From Patescibacteria group bacterium (GTDB taxonomy: Bacteria > Patescibacteriota > Minisyncoccia > Moranbacterales > JAKLHP01): DNA of 64,000 nt. A model generated the notes under the pieces. That model was not told where the DNA came from. It ran no database searches and worked only from the letters and a program-made list of their open reading frames with translations. The stretch spans positions 3,092 through 67,091 of the forward strand of contig JAZDKA010000009.1 in NCBI GenBank assembly GCA_043803385.1. The letters are read 5' to 3'. Shown piece by piece: positions 8,125 to 16,562 of the stretch. The position numbers and the translations under genes are program-made. Position 1 is the stretch's first letter, and every line of letters starts with the position of its first letter.

Positions 8125-10029
8125 ATGTCTCTCGACGATCTTGAAAAAAAATTATACGATCCCGATTCCGGAATAGAAAAAAGAACCCATGAGGAAAGCC
8201 AGTTTAATCCTCTTAGTTCTTCGAATAGCGGCCTGGATTCTCTCAAAGAAGAAAAACAATGGTCAGAGCAGGAGAATGTTCCCGGGATTGATAAGAAAAA
8301 ATTTATTAAAATCGGAGCAATAGCGCTTGGCTCTATTATTCTCGTGGCGGCTTTTATTGTTGGATTTGTGAAATATAGACAGTCGGCTTTCAAACAAGAA
8401 AGAGTTTCAATAAAAATAGAAGGTCTCGCTCAAGTGAATGGTTTTGAAAAAACAGCTTATAAAATAATTTTTAAGAATGATAATCGGGCAAGCCTCGATA
8501 ATGCAAAGATCCTTTTGAATTATTCAGAAAATTTCAGGCCTGATGAAAGCCAGAACTTGAAAATTGACAATCCCTCCAATAGCAGAATAATCCTCGGAAC
8601 CATAAAAGGAAATTCAGAAGGAGAAATAGATATTGCTGGCTCGTTTCTCGCCGCTAAAGACTCGACTGTTTACATAAATTCGACTTTGGAATACACACCC
8701 AGCAGTTTTAGCATCGCTTTCCAATCCAAAAGCCAATTTGGGGTAAATATTGAATCATCGCCTTTGTTTTTGGAAGTGGAAGCTCCTTTAGAAGCCGTTG
8801 ATGGGAATAAAATTGATTATGTGGTTAATTACAGAAATACGAGCGGAGAATATTTTGACGGCGTTAGGCTCAAAGTTGAATACCCGGAAGGATTTTCTTT
8901 CATTTCTTCGAACCCGTCTCCTTCGGAGGGAAACATAATTTGGTATTTGGGAAGCATCGCTCCCAATCAAGACGGAAAAATTGTTATAACCGGGATGATA
9001 AATGGCTCGGAGCAGGAAGAGAAAGTAATCAAGGCATATTTAGGATACGCCAGTGGAAATGGATATTTTGTCGTTTACAACCAAAAGGAAAAGCTTACTA
9101 AAATTTCATCTTCTCCTCTTTTTATTCTTCAGCAGATTGACGAGAAAGCTGATTCCAATGTGGATGCCGGAGAACTTTTAAGATATTCTATTGAGTACAA
9201 AAATAATGGAAGTATTGCTATGCAGGACGTGGTCATAACGGAAGAAATTGACAGCCGAGTTTTGGATTTTTCAAAATTAGAATCAGGAAAAGGCTCTTAT
9301 GATGCTTCAAAAAAAATAATTATCTGGAAAGCTTCTGATATTCCTGCTCTTTCGAGTTTGGCTCCCGGACAAGGAGGAAAAATATCTTTTTCTGTCCCGA
9401 TTTTGGGCCGTATCCCGGTAGGGAATATTAACGACAGCAATTTTACCGTTATTAGTACGGCAAAAATCGACAGCCCATCAATCGCCAATCCGATAGGATC
9501 AAATAAAACAATAGCCAGCAGCACGCTGAACCTGAAATTGAATTCCAGAGCTGTTCTCGAGGTGAAAGGATATTACAATGACAGCGGAATTCCTAATTCC
9601 GGACCAATTCCTCCCAAAGTGGGACAGGAAACATCGTATACCATCCATTGGAAAATTATTAATGTTTCCAATAATTTGAGCGATGTCAAGGTAGTATCGT
9701 CGCTTCCTTCCGGAGTGAAATGGAACGGAAAATTTTTGCCTAACGATGAATCGCTAAGTTTTAACGAAAGGACAAATCAAGTCGAATGGGCGATTGGAAA
9801 TATGAAAAACGGCGTGGGAATTTTAGAGCCCGCAAAGGAAGTAAGTTTCCAAATAAGTGTTGTCCCGCAGGTTAATCAAGTGGGAGAAGAATTGGTGCTT
9901 GTCAATCCTTCGATTCTCACCGCCAAAGATGTTTTTACCGGTGTTGATATAAAATCTGAAGTCGGGCAAAAAGATAATAATATTTCAGAAGATACTGGCG
10001 CAAATGGAAAATATAGGGTAGAAAATTAG
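8125..10029 (+). CDS. Large membrane-anchored surface protein with repeated beta-sandwich (DUF11/CARDB-like) segments
   Basis: Single N-terminal TM (IGAIALGSIILVAAFIVGF) followed by ~550 aa of repetitive Ser/Asn/Gly-rich beta-rich sequence. Confidence 0.45.
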   Translation: MSLDDLEKKLYDPDSGIEKRTHEESQFNPLSSSNSGLDSLKEEKQWSEQENVPGIDKKKFIKIGAIALGSIILVAAFIVGFVKYRQSAFKQERVSIKIEGLAQVNGFEKTAYKIIFKNDNRASLDNAKILLNYSENFRPDESQNLKIDNPSNSRIILGTIKGNSEGEIDIAGSFLAAKDSTVYINSTLEYTPSSFSIAFQSKSQFGVNIESSPLFLEVEAPLEAVDGNKIDYVVNYRNTSGEYFDGVRLKVEYPEGFSFISSNPSPSEGNIIWYLGSIAPNQDGKIVITGMINGSEQEEKVIKAYLGYASGNGYFVVYNQKEKLTKISSSPLFILQQIDEKADSNVDAGELLRYSIEYKNNGSIAMQDVVITEEIDSRVLDFSKLESGKGSYDASKKIIIWKASDIPALSSLAPGQGGKISFSVPILGRIPVGNINDSNFTVISTAKIDSPSIANPIGSNKTIASSTLNLKLNSRAVLEVKGYYNDSGIPNSGPIPPKVGQETSYTIHWKIINVSNNLSDVKVVSSLPSGVKWNGKFLPNDESLSFNERTNQVEWAIGNMKNGVGILEPAKEVSFQISVVPQVNQVGEELVLVNPSILTAKDVFTGVDIKSEVGQKDNNISEDTGANGKYRVEN

Positions 10030-10033
10030 AATT

Positions 10034-11158
10034 ATGTTTGAAATAGTAAACTCTAACGGGAAAAAAAGAATAGGAAAATTATTGACTAACCATGGGGAGC
10101 TCGAAACTCCCTTTTTTATGCCTGATGCGACCAGGGGATTTGTGAGGTCTTTGGATAATGAAGATTTAATTAAGGCCAGCGTCAGTCCAATAGTAGTCAA
10201 TACTTATCATCTCTACTTAAAGCCCGGAATGGAATTAATAAAAAAGGCTGGAGGCATTCATAATTTTATGAACTGGCAAAAACCTCTCCTTTCTGACTCC
10301 GGCGGATACCAAGTTTTTTCCCTGATTCACAAAAATCCAAAAATGGGAAAAATTACCAAGAATGAAGTTATCTTCAAATCTCCGTATGACGGCTCAATCC
10401 ACAAATTAACGCCCGAAAAATCAATCCAGATCCAGTTTGATCTGGGAGTGGATATGATGGTGTGCCTGGATGATCCGCCACCCAATAATTATTCCAAGGA
10501 AAAAATAGAAAAAGCGGTGGAAAGAACGATAATATGGGCGGAAAGATGCAAGAAAGAATATAATAAACAAGTTAAAAGTCGAAAGCTTAAAGTCAAAAGC
10601 CAGCCGCTTATTTTCGGAGTAATTCAGGGCGGAAAATATCTAGATCTCCGAAAGCATTGCGCGGAAGAATTGGTTAAAATCGGTTTTGATGGATATGGTT
10701 TCGGAGCCAGGCATATTGATGAGGAAGGAAATATTATGGATAAAGTCCTGGAAGAAGTGGCCAGCTACATACCGGAAAATTCCTTGCGCTTTGCTTTAGG
10801 GGTAGGAACGCCGGAAGATATTGTTAAATGCGTAAATTATGGATGGGATATGTTTGACTGCGTCATTCCGACAAGAGAAGGAAGGCACGGTCGGATTTTC
10901 GTTAGAAAATCCGAAGTCAAAAGTCAAAAGTCAAAAGTCAAAAGTGATTTCTATGAAACAATAAATATCAATAATGAGAAATATGCCAATGATTTTTCGA
11001 AAGTTGATGAAAATTGCGGCTGTGAAATGTGCCAAAATTATTCCAAATCCTATATGCGGTATTTATTCTCCCAGAAAGAGCCGATGGCCATGCGCCTCGC
11101 CAGCCTCCATAATCTAAAATTCTATATGGATTTGATGGAAAATTTAAGAAATAAATAA
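10034..11158 (+). CDS. tgt: Queuine tRNA-ribosyltransferase
   Basis: GELETPFFMPDATRG N-terminus, DSGGYQ, zinc site CGCEMCQNYS...H. Contains in-frame (GTCAAA)4 insert at 10917-10945. Confidence 0.9.
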   Translation: MFEIVNSNGKKRIGKLLTNHGELETPFFMPDATRGFVRSLDNEDLIKASVSPIVVNTYHLYLKPGMELIKKAGGIHNFMNWQKPLLSDSGGYQVFSLIHKNPKMGKITKNEVIFKSPYDGSIHKLTPEKSIQIQFDLGVDMMVCLDDPPPNNYSKEKIEKAVERTIIWAERCKKEYNKQVKSRKLKVKSQPLIFGVIQGGKYLDLRKHCAEELVKIGFDGYGFGARHIDEEGNIMDKVLEEVASYIPENSLRFALGVGTPEDIVKCVNYGWDMFDCVIPTREGRHGRIFVRKSEVKSQKSKVKSDFYETININNEKYANDFSKVDENCGCEMCQNYSKSYMRYLFSQKEPMAMRLASLHNLKFYMDLMENLRNK

Positions 11159-11211
11159 AGTTATCCACAAGGCTGGCATTGACAGAAATACTGATAGTGA
11201 TACAATATCAC
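11159..11211 (+). promoter_or_regulatory. Conserved promoter/operator module, copy A (DnaA-box-like TTATCCACA, TTGACA -35, 16 nt, palindrome GTGATACAATATCAC containing -10 TACAAT)
   Basis: Near-identical architecture at 35719..35772 and 49226..49278. Confidence 0.6.
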
Positions 11212-11411
11212 CATAGAAACATCTAAATAAAAACAAGCCATGGACCACAACGGGCGACGCTTGTTTTCCTAGATGCTATGAATAATAACATCTAATGTGA
11301 GTATAGCATCATTCAATAATCTGTCAAGTTGAAATTTTCCCGATGAGTTGATAATAAAGCCGAAATATGAGAATATTAAGATGTTGATAAATATTAAATA
11401 AACTTAAAAAT

Positions 11412-12170
11412 ATGAGTCTAGTAATCGCAACATATGTGCCGGAAGGCATAGTCATGGCGTCCGACAGCCGGCAATCTATAACGCTTGAAGGTAAAACACC
11501 CGATGGCAAAGATTTACCGAAAATCGACACAGTAAATTCCGATAACGTCTATAAAACCTATCTTATATCCAGAAAAGATAATGATGGAAAACCGATTTTT
11601 GAAATTGGCATTAGTTCTTTTGGTCAGGATCTTTTAGGCGGCATTCCCACTGCCAGCCATATAAAAAGATTCACGGAAGAAGAATTGACAGATGAAGATG
11701 ACATCACGATAATTCCCAAGAAGCTAGTTGATTTTTTTATAAAATTATTTCCAAAAGCAGACACAGGATTTCATGTTGCCGGGTATAAAAAAGAAGGAAA
11801 GATAAGTATCCCATATATTTTCAATTGTCATGTGGCTAAAAATATAGTTGAAAGAAGAAACGAAAAACCTGATAAAACATTAGCCTATGGAGCGACTTGG
11901 TCAGGACAAATCGATGTTTTGGCGGGGATTTTACAGCCCTCCGCATTGCCAGGTCCCGAGGGAAAAACTTTAACGATGCCAAAACCGCCGATAATTTGGG
12001 ACGCAATGGCGCTTCAAGACGCGATTGACTTTTCCACTTATGCGATAAGGACAACGATTGACACTATTCGTTTTCAAGCACGACCGAAAAATGTCGGTGG
12101 TCCCATTGATGTTTTAGTAATTACTCCCGATGGAGCAAAATGGATTCAAAGAAAAGAATTAAAAGGATAA
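11412..12170 (+). CDS. Hypothetical protein, possible proteasome-fold Ntn-hydrolase (Ser N-terminal nucleophile)
   Basis: MSLVIATYVPEGIVMASDSRQS resembles proteasome beta/HslV T1...GxxxxADSR spacing (nucleophile at position 2, Asp at 17). Confidence 0.3.
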   Translation: MSLVIATYVPEGIVMASDSRQSITLEGKTPDGKDLPKIDTVNSDNVYKTYLISRKDNDGKPIFEIGISSFGQDLLGGIPTASHIKRFTEEELTDEDDITIIPKKLVDFFIKLFPKADTGFHVAGYKKEGKISIPYIFNCHVAKNIVERRNEKPDKTLAYGATWSGQIDVLAGILQPSALPGPEGKTLTMPKPPIIWDAMALQDAIDFSTYAIRTTIDTIRFQARPKNVGGPIDVLVITPDGAKWIQRKELKG

Positions 12171-12180
12171 AAATAAGTTT

Positions 12181-12873
12181 ATGGAAAAAGAAATTTCTAA
12201 ATATTTGGTTGTTGATGCTTCTGGTTTAGACCCCATCAGGTATTCAATTAAAAGTGGTTGGATGAAAATGGAGGATATAAATAAATTTTTAGAGAGTGGT
12301 AAGATACAAATATGTATAACAAATTCCGCTTTACAATGTGGAGAATTTAGTTATTCTGAAACGCCAGATCTCTTTACTCATAATATAATTAATTCTGGCA
12401 CAAATTCTTCTGTGTATATTAAAGACGAAAAAGTGCTAAAACGTGGCATAAGTTTCTGGCTTACTTCTAATGGTACAATTACACTCGATCAAAGTTTATC
12501 TAAAAACGGACTAGAATTTAGTGTTTTTAATACGACAAGCGGAACTCTGTCTGATTGTTCAAAATTATCCGTTCCGGATAAATCAGCCATTTCTTTAGCA
12601 AGATATCTTTTAAATATTAAAAAGACTGCGATTCTGGTTCATGACAAAAAAATACGAAAACAAGCTCGATGTAAAAAAATTTCTTTTTATGGTTCTGCCT
12701 CATTTCTTGCAGGTATGGCTATTTCCAGGATATATGCATATCAAAAAGCTACAAGGTTGTATTATAAATGGAAAAATCAGGATAAACGTTGGATACCAAA
12801 TAAGATGAATTTTAAAGAAGTATTAGGTATTGAAAAATTACGTTTTCAAAAAGGAGAAAGTTTTTGGCTATAA
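12181..12873 (+). CDS. Hypothetical protein with basic C-terminus
   Basis: Long ORF with no recognisable motifs. Confidence 0.35.
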   Translation: MEKEISKYLVVDASGLDPIRYSIKSGWMKMEDINKFLESGKIQICITNSALQCGEFSYSETPDLFTHNIINSGTNSSVYIKDEKVLKRGISFWLTSNGTITLDQSLSKNGLEFSVFNTTSGTLSDCSKLSVPDKSAISLARYLLNIKKTAILVHDKKIRKQARCKKISFYGSASFLAGMAISRIYAYQKATRLYYKWKNQDKRWIPNKMNFKEVLGIEKLRFQKGESFWL

Positions 12874-13136
12874 CGATTAGTTTTTATCTATGAAAAATAG
12901 GACATTATATTTCGGTGATAATTTAGAAATACTCCGCAAGAAAATTACGGAAACCTTGACTTTTGGCTTAAAATACGCTATAATTAGACATAGTGAATAG
13001 AAAGCCTAGCAAAGAAGGCTTTAAAAAAGGGGAAATTGGAAGGGTGTTTCGAGGGTGAAACACTTTTTTGTTTTTTCCTGTAAATTACGCCAGCCCAAGG
13101 CTGGTCCGCCTATGGCGGAAATATGCGAATATTATT

Positions 13137-13988
13137 ATGAAAATTAAGGAATTATTTAAAAAAAGAAGGATAGTTTATTCAGCTACGGTCTTAGCTGTGT
13201 TTTTTGCCTGCTTTAATTTTGCTTTTGCCAGTGAGATTACCAGGGAAAATATTGTAAATCTGGTCAATCAGTCAAGAACGGAAAACGGGCTTCCTGCCCT
13301 TTCCGAGAACGAAAAACTCGATAAGGCCGCCCAGGACAAGGCAAATGATATGATAGCCAATAATTATTTTGCCCATACTTCTCCCAGCGGGATAACACCT
13401 TGGTTTTGGATCGAAAAAAACGGATACGATTACCAATATGCCGGAGAAAATCTGGCACTTGGATTTTCAACAGTGGAAAATGAACACCAAGCGTGGATGA
13501 ACAGCCCGACTCACAAAAAAAATATTCTTAATACTAATTATGAAGAAATTGGGGTTGCAGTTGGCAAAGGAGTGATAGAAAATAACACGGTAACTGTTGC
13601 TGTCCAAACATTTGGAACGCAAGCCGGAAGTTTAAAAGAAGAAAAAAAAGAAAATAATATTCCGGACATTAAGCCGAAAAATGATGGCAACGGAATTGTC
13701 CTTAACCTGGACGGATCAAAAAATTCCGGAAGCGGAAATTCCAGCGATTTGTTCAAGGGAAATGAATTTAAGCTCAAGGCAAACTGGTCTAGCGTGAAAG
13801 AATTTTTATCTAATCCCTGGATTGCGTCAATGGTTATCGTTCTGGCATTTTGCCTAATTATAAATATTTTTGTGCTAATGATAATATTTCTGCATCATGC
13901 CAACAACAGGTTGAGAAAAAATCAGGAAGCATTTAAAATGGTTAATACAATAATTATTCTATTGATCATTGCCTCGATAACATTCTAA
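13137..13988 (+). CDS. CAP/SCP/PR-1 domain protein (YkwD-like), N-terminal signal anchor and C-terminal TM
   Basis: NNYFAHTSPSG...GENLA...HQAWMNSPTHKKNIL CAP signature. Likely start MKIKELFKK at 13137 (track ORF extends to 13068). Confidence 0.75.
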   Translation: MKIKELFKKRRIVYSATVLAVFFACFNFAFASEITRENIVNLVNQSRTENGLPALSENEKLDKAAQDKANDMIANNYFAHTSPSGITPWFWIEKNGYDYQYAGENLALGFSTVENEHQAWMNSPTHKKNILNTNYEEIGVAVGKGVIENNTVTVAVQTFGTQAGSLKEEKKENNIPDIKPKNDGNGIVLNLDGSKNSGSGNSSDLFKGNEFKLKANWSSVKEFLSNPWIASMVIVLAFCLIINIFVLMIIFLHHANNRLRKNQEAFKMVNTIIILLIIASITF

Positions 13989-14239
13989 AAACCAATATTT
14001 TTGATAGTTCATCCCCCACCACTTTTTCTTGTAAATAGTAATTTATGGAAAAATTTAGTCTAACTAGGAAATTTCGAGTGAAAGTGGTGGGGGACAAGAA
14101 ATAAAAATAAATAAAAAACAAAAAACTAAAGACAAAATTCTTTGTCTTTGCCCTTCGAGGGCAAACAATAGCAAATCAAATCCCGAGAAATCGGGATTTT
14201 TGCTTGAAATAACTTACTTATTAAGCTATACTATCAGAT

Positions 14240-15535
14240 ATGGAATATTTTGAGATTATTGGGGGAAAAAAGCTGAAAGGCGCGATTGAAGTCAGGGGAT
14301 CTAAGAACGCCACTACCCCTATTTTGGCAGCTTGTCTTCTAACCAAAGAAAAATGCGTAATTTCCAACATTCCTCTAATTGAGGATGTTTTTAGAATGCT
14401 CGAGATTATTGGGAGCTTGAGCGCTAAAGTTTCATGGAAAGGAAAAAGAACTATTGAAATCGAAGCCAAGAATGTTGATGCTTCAAAAATGGATCTGGTG
14501 GCGGTAAAAAAGCTTCGTTCTTCGATATTGCTGTTAGGCGCTCTTTCCGGAAGACTGGAAAATTTTAAAATTCCTTATCCCGGAGGATGCACTATTGGAG
14601 CCAGACCACTCGATACTCATTTCGATGCTCTTTCGAAGATGGGGGTAAAGATAAGAGATAAGAGATTCGGGATAGAGATAGAGAAGAATAAAAAAATAGA
14701 TTGTTATGAGGTTAATGCAAGAGGCAGGCATAGTAATTCGATAGTTCTTAAAGAATTTTCAGTTACCGGAACGGAGAATGCGATGATGCTAGCCGCTTCT
14801 ATCCCTGGAAAAACTGTAATAAAAATAGCAGCTTCTGAACCGCATGTTGAAGACCTGGGAAAATTTTTGATAAAAATGGGGGCTGAAATAAAAGGATTAG
14901 GAACGCATACTTTGGAAATTTGGGGAAACAAGAATCTTAAAGGAATTAGACATGATGTTATTCCCGATGCCAATGAAGCGGCAACCTTTCTGATTATGGG
15001 CGTAGCCACCAGAAGTCCGATTGTTGTCAAAAATGCCAGAAGAGATCATCTGGATTTGGTTTTGGAGAAACTCAAGGAATTCGGAGCTAATTTTAAAATA
15101 AAAGGAAATAGCATCCAGGTTATTCCTCCGAAACTAATCAAAGCTGTTTCCAAAGTCGATACTCGTCCATATCCCGGAATTCCGACCGACGCTCAAGCTC
15201 CATTTGGAGTTTTGGCAACGCAAGCCAAAGGAAAAACATTTATTCACGATTCATTATATGAAGGACGCTTTAACTATATTTCTGAAATAGAAAAAATGGG
15301 AGCCAAGGCCAAAGTGCTGGATGTCCATCGGGCAATTATTCAAGGACCGACAAAACTCAAGGGGAAAACAATAGAAAGCTTTGATCTTCGGGCTGGCGCA
15401 TCTCTTATAATCGCGGCTCTGGTCGCAGAGGGTAAAACTATTATCCAAAATATTTATCAAGTAGACAGGGGATATGAACGCATAGAAGAGAGATTATCGA
15501 AGTTGGGAGCGGAGATAAAGAGAATAACTAAATAA
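14240..15535 (+). CDS. murA: UDP-N-acetylglucosamine 1-carboxyvinyltransferase
   Basis: MEYFEIIGGKKLKGAIEVRGSKNATTPILAACLL plus conserved C-terminal DRGYE..E.L..LGA. Confidence 0.95.
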   Translation: MEYFEIIGGKKLKGAIEVRGSKNATTPILAACLLTKEKCVISNIPLIEDVFRMLEIIGSLSAKVSWKGKRTIEIEAKNVDASKMDLVAVKKLRSSILLLGALSGRLENFKIPYPGGCTIGARPLDTHFDALSKMGVKIRDKRFGIEIEKNKKIDCYEVNARGRHSNSIVLKEFSVTGTENAMMLAASIPGKTVIKIAASEPHVEDLGKFLIKMGAEIKGLGTHTLEIWGNKNLKGIRHDVIPDANEAATFLIMGVATRSPIVVKNARRDHLDLVLEKLKEFGANFKIKGNSIQVIPPKLIKAVSKVDTRPYPGIPTDAQAPFGVLATQAKGKTFIHDSLYEGRFNYISEIEKMGAKAKVLDVHRAIIQGPTKLKGKTIESFDLRAGASLIIAALVAEGKTIIQNIYQVDRGYERIEERLSKLGAEIKRITK

Positions 15536-15553
15536 TTTTTTGAGAAAAATGGC

Positions 15554-16561
15554 ATGTTCATCAGAAAGATCGGAATAGATTTAGGCACTGCGAATACGCT
15601 AGTCTTTGTTCCTGGCAAAGGTGTTGTTGTTAATGAGCCTTCAGTAGTAGCTGTGTCGCTCACCGAAAACAAGATTTTGGCAGTGGGAAATGAAGCCAAA
15701 GAAATGATAGGAAGGACTCCCGATAATATTGTTGCCAGCCGGCCGCTTAAAGACGGAGTTATTGCTGATTATAGGGTAACCGAGGCAATGCTCAAATATT
15801 TTATCAACAAAGTAAGCGGAAAAGTGAGATTTTTTCGTCCGGAAGTGATGATTTCTATTCCTGCCGGAGTTACTTCCACCGAGAGAAGAGCGGTTGTCAA
15901 TGCGGCGATTAAGGCAGGGGCAAAGTCTGCTTATGTCGTAAAAGAGCCTCTTTTGGCGGCTATTGGCGCCGGAATAGCAGTGAATAACGCTCAAGGAAAT
16001 ATAATAATCGATGTTGGAGGAGGAACTTCAGAAATCGCTGTCATTTCGCTTGGAGGAATTGTGGCTGCTCATAGCGCCAGGGTCGGGGGAAACAAACTTG
16101 ACCAGGCTATTTCTGACTATATCAAAAGAAAATTCGGATTGGTAATAGGCGAAAGAACAGCGGAGGAAGTAAAGATTTCTATTGGTTCGGCAATCGCCCA
16201 AGTCAAGGAAGAATATATGGAAATTAGAGGAAGAGACTTGATGGGAGGGCTTCCCAAAATAATTAAAATTTCTTCTAATGAAGTGACGGAAGCTATCCAA
16301 GACGAACTTCGGGAAATTATTAATGCGATTAAAAAAGTTTTTCAAGAAACTCCTCCAGAACTCGCTGCTGATGTGATTGACAAAGGAATGGTTCTTTCCG
16401 GAGGAGGGGCGCTGCTTCGAAATCTTGACCAGTTAATAACAAGAACTATCGGGGTGCCGTGCTATGTGGCTGACAATCCATTGTTTTGCGTTATCAAAGG
16501 AATTGGAGTTGCGCTTGATAATTTAGAAACATACAAAAGGACGATAATGATGACGAAATAG
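15554..16561 (+). CDS. mreB: Rod shape-determining protein MreB
   Basis: IGIDLGTANTLVFV...NEPSVVA actin-fold phosphate-1 motif. DVGGGTSEIAVIS. VLSGGGALL. Confidence 0.95.
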   Translation: MFIRKIGIDLGTANTLVFVPGKGVVVNEPSVVAVSLTENKILAVGNEAKEMIGRTPDNIVASRPLKDGVIADYRVTEAMLKYFINKVSGKVRFFRPEVMISIPAGVTSTERRAVVNAAIKAGAKSAYVVKEPLLAAIGAGIAVNNAQGNIIIDVGGGTSEIAVISLGGIVAAHSARVGGNKLDQAISDYIKRKFGLVIGERTAEEVKISIGSAIAQVKEEYMEIRGRDLMGGLPKIIKISSNEVTEAIQDELREIINAIKKVFQETPPELAADVIDKGMVLSGGGALLRNLDQLITRTIGVPCYVADNPLFCVIKGIGVALDNLETYKRTIMMTK

Positions 16562-16562
16562 T

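Noticed and set aside
11161-11169. TTATCCACA DnaA boxes as evidence of oriC
   Set aside because: Single isolated boxes each embedded in a promoter module. No box cluster, no dnaA/dnaN, no AT-rich unwinding element arrangement.
11324-11530. 68-aa reverse ORF
   Set aside because: Antisense across the module-A leader and the start of 11412 gene. No SD or motifs.
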